Translations under genes and position numbers: made by a program
Notes under the pieces: generated by a model
What the model was told of the DNA's origin: nothing
Seen by the model: the letters and a program-made list of their open reading frames with translations, nothing else
Database searches by the model: none
NCBI GenBank assembly: GCA_046538485.1
Contig: JBKHIT010000068.1
Span: 1-22,282, forward strand
Source of the DNA: Candidatus Brocadiia bacterium
GTDB taxonomy: Bacteria; Planctomycetota; Brocadiia; SM23-32
Reading direction: 5' to 3'
DNA: 22,282 nucleotides
Shown: piece after piece, positions 1-8,361 of the stretch
How positions within the stretch are numbered: the stretch's first letter is position 1
Layout of the letters: every line of letters begins with the position of its first letter

Positions 1-268
1 ATAGGGGACCGGAGGAGAGCGTTAAAGTTCGTTCTGGCGCGTAGTGGCCAATCATGTTTCCACCGGTCCAGGGCGCGCCGGGGACGGGTCAACGTGGTTT
101 ACTGAATACTTACCCAAAAAACGCGGCTAAGCCCATCCGAGAGCGGCTTTGTTGTCGTATCCCGTTTGCTGACGAGCACTTGCTATGGTACGTCCCCCTT
201 CTCGCGCCCTCTCGTTACCTTTACTCCGCGGGTAGGTACCATGTCCTGGCAAAGTGACTCCCAAGCTT

Positions 269-298
269 TTGACGGTTCAGAAGGCCGCACGGTATAAT
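269..298 (+). promoter_or_regulatory. Putative sigma70-type promoter for the sulfotransferase
   Basis: TTGACG (269-274), 18-bp spacer, TATAAT (293-298), about 45 bp upstream of the likely start codon. Confidence 0.65.
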
Positions 299-342
299 CA
301 TTTCGCTATAAAATGTCTGAGAATCCTTCCGGAGACGTTTTG

Positions 343-1266
343 ATGAAGAAGATACAAAAACCCTGCGTGTTTATAACCTCCACCGGCCGGACCGGCACAA
401 AATTCTTTGCATACCTATTCAATCAGGTGGTTCCCGACTGTGACGCCTTCCATGAACCGGGCCAGGTTGACCTATTTTCGATATCGGACATAATCCATAA
501 CTGGCCTTACTTTACGCTCTCCCAGTTGCTTCTGGACAAATTTGCAGACGCTCGAAACGTGCGGGGGTTATCAATATTACGTATCGGGAACCGGATTAGC
601 GCAGATGAGGCGTCCAGGCAATTGTATCGTTTGCGAAAGAGGATAGTTCAAACCGTGTCGGGAAGGCCATATGTGGAAAGCAACCACCAGATCATAGGTC
701 TAATCGATGTCGTAACACACGTTTTTCCTCATGTTAATATTATATACATGGTCCGTGATCCACGAGACTGGCTGGTTTCAAGCTATAGATATGGGGCCGG
801 TTGGTATGGAAATATAGTGAGCAGTTTAATTGGACGAGCTAATCCTCAAATATGTGCTGATCGGGAAACGGCCACGGCGTGGGAAGAGATGAATAACTTT
901 CAGCGTAATTGCTGGTACTGGGCCACAAAAAACAGATACGCGCTGCAGTGCGTCGGCAGAACGCCGGGAGCACGGCTATTTAAGTTTGAGGATATCTTCA
1001 GGGGAGAGGAGCGCTACCGGCACCTCCGCGAACTGATGGACTTCGCCACCGGTTTCGGGGACGGACGGGAATTTGATTATGAATCGCTGGACGGGATGCT
1101 GGAGCGCAAAATAAACAAATCCGACCCAGATGGCTTCCCGGGATGGCGGGAGTGGGGGCCCGAGAGAGTGCGCCAGTTCCAACAGATTTGCGGGGACCTT
1201 ATGGAGGAACTGGGATACGGAACCGAGCCCGAGTGGAGGAAGATGTGCCGCGAGGCCGGGGTTTGA
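343..1266 (+). CDS. PAPS-dependent sulfotransferase family protein
   Basis: N-terminal 5'-PSB-like loop VFITSTGRTGTKF and 3'-PB-like motif IYMVRDPRDWLVS, followed by FKFEDI and a C-terminal WREW...LMEELGY. ATG 343 is preferred over ORF start 313 because GGAG lies at 331-334. Confidence 0.85.
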   Translation: MKKIQKPCVFITSTGRTGTKFFAYLFNQVVPDCDAFHEPGQVDLFSISDIIHNWPYFTLSQLLLDKFADARNVRGLSILRIGNRISADEASRQLYRLRKRIVQTVSGRPYVESNHQIIGLIDVVTHVFPHVNIIYMVRDPRDWLVSSYRYGAGWYGNIVSSLIGRANPQICADRETATAWEEMNNFQRNCWYWATKNRYALQCVGRTPGARLFKFEDIFRGEERYRHLRELMDFATGFGDGREFDYESLDGMLERKINKSDPDGFPGWREWGPERVRQFQQICGDLMEELGYGTEPEWRKMCREAGV

Positions 1267-1293
1267 AAGAGACTTTCCCTGCGGGTTTATCAG

Positions 1294-2397
1294 TCAGTTA
1301 TCCTCCACCACTTTTCTGCAGACTTCCTCGTACTTCCGGGCGGCTCGCTCCCAGGTAAAATGGCGCGCCCTTTCCCGCGCAGAACGGCCCAGTCGATGGC
1401 GCAGGTCCGGATTTTCTATGAGCTTCGCCATAGCTCCGGCAAGCGCATCCGTATCTTCCGGCTCGACCAGCAGCCCGGTCTCCCCGTCCACAACGGCATC
1501 CCGAAGCCCCGTTACATCATATCCCACCACCGGTTTTGCACAGGCAGCAGCCTCAGTGGCTACTTGCCCCCAACCTTCTCGCCGGGAGGGCATACAGACC
1601 AGCAGGCATCGGCGCAGCAGATCCCTCTTCTCCTGGCCCTCCACCCATCCGGCCCATTGCACGCTATCGTCGAGCCCGCTTTGAGCGACCATTTTGCGCA
1701 GGCGAGGTTCGTCCGGTCCGTCGCCAGCAATCACCAGATGAACCCCTGGGAACTGTTCCTGCATACTGCCATAAGCCTCCAGTAAGTTATCGAGTCCTTT
1801 ATGCTCTATGTCCAGTCGGCCGAGGTACAAAATATATTTTTCTTCGTTTACATCCTGCTGAAGCAATTCCTTGTCAATACCGGGTTCTACCATCTGAATA
1901 TCCGGCAATGAAGGCATCCATTCTGTAAGTTCGGAGGCGAGACCCTGGCAAAGAGCTATAGCACCATCATAGTATTTCAGATTATGCCTGAGCCGTGTGC
2001 GTAACAGACCGGCAACTGCGGGATATTTATCCGCCGCCGTGAACGGGTTCAAACGAAAATCTGCGATAGCTGGTTTCCTGGATAAACAGGGGCCGGAAGT
2101 GGGGCTGAATGCACTGACCTCCTCGACCAGTAGATCAAAATCGCCGCGGGCCGCCCGTTCAGCAGCCAACCGACAATAGCCAAGTCGGCTGAGCAGACGC
2201 CCTGGAAGACGCCATCCGTGGGTATATTTTACCCCCCGAACCGTGCTGCTTACGGGGCCTCCCGGCCAGCCTGCAGTAACCACTTCTATTTCATTGTCCT
2301 CCTGCAGGATAGAACATATCCTGTTAATCTGATGTGCCCCGCCCCCCCCAAAGATAGGATTCCCGGGATGGTCAGAACTCAACAAAAGAATTTTCAT
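1294..2397 (-). CDS. Glycosyltransferase family 4 (GT-B fold)
   Basis: Motifs MKILLLS...GGG, YLGRL...KG and PSRREGWGQVATEAAACAKPVV (EX7E), plus DGETGLLV. Start overlaps the methyltransferase stop (ATGA). Confidence 0.93.
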   Translation of the reverse strand: MKILLLSSDHPGNPIFGGGGAHQINRICSILQEDNEIEVVTAGWPGGPVSSTVRGVKYTHGWRLPGRLLSRLGYCRLAAERAARGDFDLLVEEVSAFSPTSGPCLSRKPAIADFRLNPFTAADKYPAVAGLLRTRLRHNLKYYDGAIALCQGLASELTEWMPSLPDIQMVEPGIDKELLQQDVNEEKYILYLGRLDIEHKGLDNLLEAYGSMQEQFPGVHLVIAGDGPDEPRLRKMVAQSGLDDSVQWAGWVEGQEKRDLLRRCLLVCMPSRREGWGQVATEAAACAKPVVGYDVTGLRDAVVDGETGLLVEPEDTDALAGAMAKLIENPDLRHRLGRSARERARHFTWERAARKYEEVCRKVVEDN

Positions 2398-3021
2398 GAT
2401 AAAAGGCCTTCACGGGAATCCGATGCGATTACAAACATGCCATGGGAGAGCCACGGTGGAATGCGAGGCGTAACCTCATAAAGCTTGGGAAAACGTCTCA
2501 GTAGACCCATCCACGGAAATCTCCCGTGAAAGCTCAAAAAGTTAAAATGCGGCGCGAGGAAAGTTCGGAGTTCTTGAAAAGAATACTCACGCAGGTGGGT
2601 AGAATCTGGTTGTTCTCCTGAGAACCAGCACTTGGCTCGGTATACCGGCCGGTTGGGTGTAGATAAAATAAGGGTTCCGTCCGGCTTCAGCAACGACTTT
2701 ATTCTGGTGATAAACGAAATGCGTTCCTTCGGAGGCACGTGTTCCAGCACTTCAAACAAGAGCGCGGTGTCATACTGGAGACGTGGCTGGTATTCTTCCA
2801 GCGATATCTGCTTCACTCCCACCCTGGCGTTACATGGTTTGAGTTCCTCGACTGCCTGTTGGTACAAGGGTGACGGTTCGAGGGCAGTTACTCTTTCAAT
2901 ACAACCATTGCTCCCTTCAATTATTCTCCGCAGCTTATATCCGTCTGCCGTATCGATATCCAAAACAGCGCGGCCGGTGTTACTAAGGATCATTTGAAGA
3001 ATGGAAGGCGCGAAAACTCTT

Positions 3022-4431
3022 GAGGTATTGTCAAATGTTGTGGATGAGGGATTTGAGCTTGTCCTCTGGAAAATCATTTATGCCGCCTCTTTGAGTTCGA
3101 TGCCGTCCTTGAATTTGACGCCGGAGATCACCTTCGGAATCAGTTTATATCCGTTTATCCTGCGCCAGTGCTTCTCCGCCTCTCGCCCGAGCTTGAATAC
3201 CATCGTGAGGGTCGCCTTCCGGGATCCGCAACCTTTGGTCTGACGGCTGCGGTGACGGACGGTAGCGAAGGTGGATTCAATGGGGTTGGTGGTGCGGATG
3301 TGGACCCAATGCCTGGCCGGGAAATCATAGAAGGTGAAAAGCACCTCTTTGTCTTTTTTCAAACACTCACAGGCCGCCGGGTATTTGGCCTCGTAGCGCT
3401 CCATGAACTCATCGAATGCCTCCAGAGCATCTTCCTTGGTCTCGGCCATGTACATCTCATGGATCTTCGACTTCGCCGAGGGCTGCATCTTCTTCGGCAT
3501 CTTATCCAGCACATTCGCCGTCTTATGCACCCAGCAGCGCTGCTTCCTGGCCTTTGGAAACTGCTCCTCCTTGGCCCTCCAAAACCCAAGGGCACCGTCG
3601 CCCACGCACAGCTTCGGGCCTTCCTGGACGCCCCGGCCCTTCAGATCCCTGAGCAGTTCCAGCCACGATAGCTTGCTCTCCCGCTCGCCGTCCCAGATGC
3701 CCACCAGCTCCTTGGTGCCGTCCTCCAGGGTGCCCACAATCACCAGCAGGCAGGGCCGATCATCGGTGAGCCGCACGTTGAAATAGATACCGTCCACCCA
3801 CCAGTAGACGTATTTTTTGTCGCTCAAATCACGGCTATTCCACTCTTCGTATTCCTCCTGCCAGACCCGCTTCAGCCGACAGATCGTGCTCGGTGAAAGA
3901 CCGGCCGCTCCCTCACCCAGGATGGCCTGCAGGGCATCGGGAAAGTCGTTGGTGGAGATACCCTTAAGATACAACACCGGCAGCAGGGCCTCGATGCTGG
4001 GAGCCTTACGCATGTAGGGAGGTAGAATACTGCTGGTGAATTCCTTTCCCTCTCGCTGGTCTCTGGCGCGGGGTTTTTGCACCTCTATATCTCCCAGTCC
4101 GGATTGAATGTTGCGCGCTGGTGCATAACCGTTTCTGACGACCAGGCGGCGGCCAGTATCGGGATCGACCACGTGTTTGTGCTTTTCCACATACGCGCTG
4201 ACCTCCGCTTCCACCGCGGCCTGAAGCATTTGCCTGGCTCCTTCTCGCAAAATGTTATCGAGTTCGCTACGTGAGTCTTCTTCGATTCGCTTTTCCAGAT
4301 CTACAACGTTATCATCTTGCATGAGCGTATCCTTTCTGTGCCCTCCTCTGAGGGCAACATGGAAAAAAAGTGAAACTGCTTTCCAGAGGATACGCTCTTT
4401 CCCCCTCATCCACAACATTTGACAATACCTC
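3022..4431 (-). mobile_element. Complete IS256-family insertion sequence, 1410 bp
   Basis: Perfect 29-bp terminal IRs GAGGTATTGTCAAATGTTGTGGATGAGGG (3022-3050 and 4403-4431), extending imperfectly to about 50 bp. Target duplication AAAACTCTT at 3013-3021 and 4432-4440. Confidence 0.96.
3078..4322 (-). CDS. IS256-family (Mutator-like DDE) transposase, 414 aa
   Basis: Motifs RNGY, LYLKGIST, YWWVDGIY, VGDGALGF, QRCWVHK and IRTTNPIES. ATG 4322 (MQDDNVV) lies inside the IS with AAAGGA upstream. The ORF-track extension to 4499 runs through the IR into the host gene. Confidence 0.95.
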   Translation of the reverse strand: MQDDNVVDLEKRIEEDSRSELDNILREGARQMLQAAVEAEVSAYVEKHKHVVDPDTGRRLVVRNGYAPARNIQSGLGDIEVQKPRARDQREGKEFTSSILPPYMRKAPSIEALLPVLYLKGISTNDFPDALQAILGEGAAGLSPSTICRLKRVWQEEYEEWNSRDLSDKKYVYWWVDGIYFNVRLTDDRPCLLVIVGTLEDGTKELVGIWDGERESKLSWLELLRDLKGRGVQEGPKLCVGDGALGFWRAKEEQFPKARKQRCWVHKTANVLDKMPKKMQPSAKSKIHEMYMAETKEDALEAFDEFMERYEAKYPAACECLKKDKEVLFTFYDFPARHWVHIRTTNPIESTFATVRHRSRQTKGCGSRKATLTMVFKLGREAEKHWRRINGYKLIPKVISGVKFKDGIELKEAA

Positions 4432-4495
4432 AAAACTCTTTCCCCTCTGAGTGACTTAAATATTGAATCATAGTTCGAAAACCTCTCTGATGTGC

Positions 4496-6268
4496 TCATT
4501 TAGAAACACCTCCTGTGCCCTCCTCGCCAGTAAGGGCGGTCGGAAAGACCGGTAGTTGCTTGAGAGGTTGCGATGGAGAAGTTAGTTGAACTCGTTCCAA
4601 TTTGCCATTTTGCCGCCGGTAGAGTTCCCAATAGGGGTTTCTTTCAACGTCAGATTGGCCCTTGACCCACTTTTGTAACCAGGGCATACGGAAATGCCAT
4701 ATTCGCCAGGGGCTCGTAGGGGGCTGATACAAAAAGTAGTCGATGTCATTCGCCCGCGCCCAGTCCATGGTCTCCGCATCGGGACCCGATGCCGACACCT
4801 TTATGGCACTTTCGGCAACAGGTAGGCCCGTCAGCATTACCACCGCAGCCTTGCCGAAAGTGTTGGATTTATTTTGCCCAAAGTTGACATATCTGGGGTT
4901 TATCCCCACCTTGCTGTTCGGCGGCGCGTGATTGCGGAGGTAGTCGCCGCTGGCTATCAACTCTTCGCAACGGCCAGCCATGTATGTCCCGTAATAGTCC
5001 TGTGACCGCTGCACACCAACAACGACGGAGAGAATGGCAAGATTGGGCAACACTATAGCTCCCAGGAGCAAATAGAGGGGTAGATCGAGAAGTTTTGAAT
5101 TCTTGAGCGTCAGTTTTCTGTCAACATAACTCATGGCATACGACAAGCCTGTAAATAGTGCATAAATCAGGAGTGGAGCCACTGGAAGAAGATAGCGAGG
5201 AAGAGGATGCCATATGAGAACGAAAACGCAGTTGTACAAAATTGCCCCCAGCCATATCCAATGCTTCTCCCGGGTTTTGCGGACAACCAAAATCAGAACG
5301 AAAGCCCAGAGGATCAACCCCCCCGCATTGGATAGATCTCTTACTTCCAGAGTTCCAACAAGAGAGAAGTCTTCTCCCAGGATTAAAGGCGGCCAGAACA
5401 GCCCCGAAATCCATTCTCCAGAACGTGACAGTCGGGTCAGCTTCTTTGCTTTATTTAAAAGTAGGGAAATAGCCGGAGCCCGCCTCCCGATTTCCCTTCC
5501 GTCCGTCTGGACCGACTCCGCACTTTCCGTCTGGACCGACTCCGCACTTTTTGACCGGGAGCCCAAATAGTTATTCACAAGGAGAAAACTCCCACATGCT
5601 ATCACACAGGCCGCCACCGCACATATCCAGTTCGTTTTCAGACGCGGCTTGATCTCCCCGGAAATAAGAACCACGCACACGAGCGGTACGGCCACAATCC
5701 CCGCCCATCGGATGACCGGGAACATCCCGCCTAACACCACCAAAGCCAGGAAGGCCACCGGGGATTTATCTTCCCGCACTTTGTCTGCGGCAAGAAGGGC
5801 AATGACAAACAATGCCAGAAAGAGGCTCTCGCTCAGAAGGACGTAACTGGGCCGGTACCACCACCAGAGGATATTCGTGAGCAACAGAGATTCGAAGGCG
5901 TGGCGGGGAGCTATGCGCCGGGCCATGAACACGTAATAGCCGATGCCCGTGCCTATCATAAGCAGCTTCGGGACCAGATTGAGGAACCAGAACTGCCGCG
6001 ATATGTGCAGCAGGCCTGCCAGGAACGCCGGCCAACCAAGAGGATAATGAGCAAAAGGCAAGCCGTTAAACACGTACCCGCGTCCTGCTGCGAGATTTCG
6101 GGCGAGGGTCAGATAATATTCGCTGTCGTTCCCCGCGCTCCAGTAACCGTTCTGGAGCAGGGCATAGAGGACAGTCAGGATCAACCCCAGCAGGAGTCCA
6201 TAGAATAGCCGTGGCCGTTGGCGGAGCTTCTTCCAACCCTGTCTTATCCTGTGCCACATACTTTGCAT
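4496..6268 (-). CDS. Polytopic membrane protein, probable GT-C fold (ArnT/PMT-like) glycosyltransferase
   Basis: First TM helix followed by DSEYYLTLARNLAAGRGY...YPLGWPAFLA, then LLSESLF, PRYLLPVAPL, many TM segments and a soluble C-terminal domain. Lies in a glycosyltransferase operon. Confidence 0.7.
   Translation of the reverse strand: MQSMWHRIRQGWKKLRQRPRLFYGLLLGLILTVLYALLQNGYWSAGNDSEYYLTLARNLAAGRGYVFNGLPFAHYPLGWPAFLAGLLHISRQFWFLNLVPKLLMIGTGIGYYVFMARRIAPRHAFESLLLTNILWWWYRPSYVLLSESLFLALFVIALLAADKVREDKSPVAFLALVVLGGMFPVIRWAGIVAVPLVCVVLISGEIKPRLKTNWICAVAACVIACGSFLLVNNYLGSRSKSAESVQTESAESVQTDGREIGRRAPAISLLLNKAKKLTRLSRSGEWISGLFWPPLILGEDFSLVGTLEVRDLSNAGGLILWAFVLILVVRKTREKHWIWLGAILYNCVFVLIWHPLPRYLLPVAPLLIYALFTGLSYAMSYVDRKLTLKNSKLLDLPLYLLLGAIVLPNLAILSVVVGVQRSQDYYGTYMAGRCEELIASGDYLRNHAPPNSKVGINPRYVNFGQNKSNTFGKAAVVMLTGLPVAESAIKVSASGPDAETMDWARANDIDYFLYQPPTSPWRIWHFRMPWLQKWVKGQSDVERNPYWELYRRQNGKLERVQLTSPSQPLKQLPVFPTALTGEEGTGGVSK
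5502..5549. repeat. Exact 24-bp tandem duplication within the CDS
   Basis: TCCGTCTGGACCGACTCCGCACTT twice; encodes SAESVQTE/SAESVQTD in a hydrophilic loop. Confidence 0.9.
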
Positions 6269-6282
6269 GAGGCGTTTTCTCT

Positions 6283-8361
6283 TTACAGTAACCGCTTCAC
6301 TTCAGTCCACACTCGGCCGGGTGACAAATCCTTCCAATAATCGTCGGGCAAAGGTCTGAGACGGGCGATGGTGGTGGTGAAGGGGTATCCCAGCCTCCCA
6401 CTCTCGGTGGCTTTCAGGACACGACAGTCCTCCCACGGGGGTGCTGTGCGTGAAGCATCGGTCGGTCCGAAAAGGGCCACCACGGGAGTTTCCACGGCGG
6501 TTGCTACGTGCATCAATCCGGAGTCGTTGGTAATCATAGCATCGCACCTTTCGATCATGGCAGCCGTTCGGAGAATTGGAACCCGGGGGAAAAAGACATT
6601 CGACGCCTGTGCTCTTAAAAAAGATTCGCGAAGATACTTTCCCAGACCTTTTTCATCTGGTCCACAAAATACTAAAACGGAGTGGCCGGAATCAACGAGC
6701 ATGGAGATCAGAGTCTTAAAATGGTTCGCCGGCCATCGTTTCGCACGCTGCCCCCCATCCGCTGCGCTTCCGGGATGAACGGCGATGATGGGACCGCCTA
6801 CTTCACGTACATTAAAATACTTGCAGGCGAATGTCCTGTCCTGTGGCGGAATCGAGAGATGGGGACGTGGCAGCTTCGAACGGATGCTGTCTCCCCATGC
6901 CTCTCGAGCAATAAGGCGCAGATTCTGCTCGATGTCATGCAACCCCCTGCGGGCCGGAACCAATTCGGTCTGCAGAAAGTCACAGTTGATGGCACTGCTC
7001 TCGGGATACGAGTGTGCTATTCTCCGGCGCGCGCCCACAGCAGCGGCAAGGAGGTTAAAACGAAAATCGTTCGATGGAAAAGCCGTAACATTCATGTCAT
7101 AACGACGGGCCCTCAAACTGGCGAGTTGCCCGAATGCACCAGTCAGGGAGTGACCGTATCCCACTTCGAAGGTATGGTCAACCTCCAAAAGAGATTCGGC
7201 GATGGCAAGAGAAGCATGACCCTCGACGAGCATATCGAGTTCTGTACTTGGGAACCTTCGACGCAGACGGATCAAAGCGGGAGTGAAAAGCAGCATATTG
7301 CCCATCCCGGATACAGTGGTAACAAGAATTTTTTGTGGCGAGATGGCTGCCATCGGTAACGTTTCACGCCTGCGATTGGGCTGCTCTGTGCCATTATCAG
7401 ACGACTCTGAATCCGAAATGCCAACTCCCTCCAGCAGGAGGTAGCTGAACAGCGACCCGAACCCAAAGACAATGCAAACCCCAACAGCCCGCATCACCAG
7501 CGCGGCGAGCATGGCCGTCTCTGCCGCCATGCCCCAGGCGCGGCCGGCTGCGGCCACGGCGCCCTCGGTGATGCCGAGGCCCCCTGGGGTCAGCGGCAGC
7601 AGGAGGCCCACCCGGGCCAGCCCGCCCATCGTGAGGGCCTCCAGGAATCCTGCATCGAGCCCCACCGCGCCGCAGGCAATCAAAAGTACAGCTGCCGCCA
7701 AAAGGACGTTGACGGCGCCCAGGACAATTATCTTCAACAGCAGTCTCTTTCGACCGCGGAGGGTCCGGAAGCCGTCCTCCATTCTCTCGCAGATGGAGTT
7801 GAGGAAGTCCCACGGGATGCGGGTGCCGAGGCGAACCGCGATCGGAAGCACTATGAACCCCACAACGCAGACTCCGAAAAGTGCGCCGAAGGCCATCAGC
7901 AGCACCGGGGGGACGGCTACCCCGGCGGCCAGTCCGATGAGACAGCCCGCGAGACCTCCGCCGAGGGCCAGAAGGAAACGCAGCAGGTTCGAGACGGCCA
8001 CCAGTGAGCCGAAGTGGGCGAGTGAGAGACCATGCTTTTTCTTCAGATACGCCGCCTGCACCCCGAGACCGGCCCGGCCGGGGGCCAGCAGGCTGTACAT
8101 GCTGTTGCACATCACGAGCCCGAAGGCTTCCGCGAGGCCCACTTCCGCTCCCAGGCCGTGACACAGAGCGTGAAACTGAAGGCTCTGCAAAACCCGCCCG
8201 AGCAGAACGAGCGCTGCAATTGCGGCGATGGCGAAGCCTGAGACGTTCCGAAGTGCGGCAAAAAGGTCGGGATGCCGGTAGGCGTACCATCCGCCCAGCG
8301 CTACCAGGACGATAAGCAGGATCCACTTCAGGAGGGGGATGTATTTTTTGAGCTCCACCAC
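6283..8361 (-). CDS. Fusion of a lysylphosphatidylglycerol-synthase TM (UPF0104, flippase-like) domain and a GT9 heptosyltransferase-like domain
   Basis: N-terminal ~310 aa are hydrophobic with PGRAG and LPLTPGGLGITEG...R. From M337 (ATG 7353): KILV...GMGN, HPGS...KRWP, ITNDSGLMHVATAVETPVVALFGPT. No stop separates the domains. GTG start overlaps the upstream TAG. Confidence 0.85.
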   Translation of the reverse strand: MVELKKYIPLLKWILLIVLVALGGWYAYRHPDLFAALRNVSGFAIAAIAALVLLGRVLQSLQFHALCHGLGAEVGLAEAFGLVMCNSMYSLLAPGRAGLGVQAAYLKKKHGLSLAHFGSLVAVSNLLRFLLALGGGLAGCLIGLAAGVAVPPVLLMAFGALFGVCVVGFIVLPIAVRLGTRIPWDFLNSICERMEDGFRTLRGRKRLLLKIIVLGAVNVLLAAAVLLIACGAVGLDAGFLEALTMGGLARVGLLLPLTPGGLGITEGAVAAAGRAWGMAAETAMLAALVMRAVGVCIVFGFGSLFSYLLLEGVGISDSESSDNGTEQPNRRRETLPMAAISPQKILVTTVSGMGNMLLFTPALIRLRRRFPSTELDMLVEGHASLAIAESLLEVDHTFEVGYGHSLTGAFGQLASLRARRYDMNVTAFPSNDFRFNLLAAAVGARRRIAHSYPESSAINCDFLQTELVPARRGLHDIEQNLRLIAREAWGDSIRSKLPRPHLSIPPQDRTFACKYFNVREVGGPIIAVHPGSAADGGQRAKRWPANHFKTLISMLVDSGHSVLVFCGPDEKGLGKYLRESFLRAQASNVFFPRVPILRTAAMIERCDAMITNDSGLMHVATAVETPVVALFGPTDASRTAPPWEDCRVLKATESGRLGYPFTTTIARLRPLPDDYWKDLSPGRVWTEVKRLL

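Larger units (their letters stand above)
2394..4499 (-). pseudogene. Class I SAM-dependent methyltransferase interrupted by IS256 (segments 4499-4432 and 3012-2394)
   Basis: Removing the IS and one target copy gives a 228-aa ORF, MSTSERFSNYDSIFKSLRGERVFAPSILQMILSNTGRAVLDIDTADG...YDTALLFEVLEHV...LKPDGTLILSTPN...HLREYS. ATG 4499 overlaps the upstream gene's TGA (ATGA). Confidence 0.88.

Noticed and set aside
1..257. ORF 54-257 (+) and a possible minus-strand gene start at 55 (MIGHYAPERT...) running off the edge
   Set aside because: No recognisable motifs; the partial is too short to support.
3022..4431. Outward-facing TTGACA in both IS IRs as hybrid promoters
   Set aside because: No credible -10 hexamer at 16-18 bp spacing in either flank.
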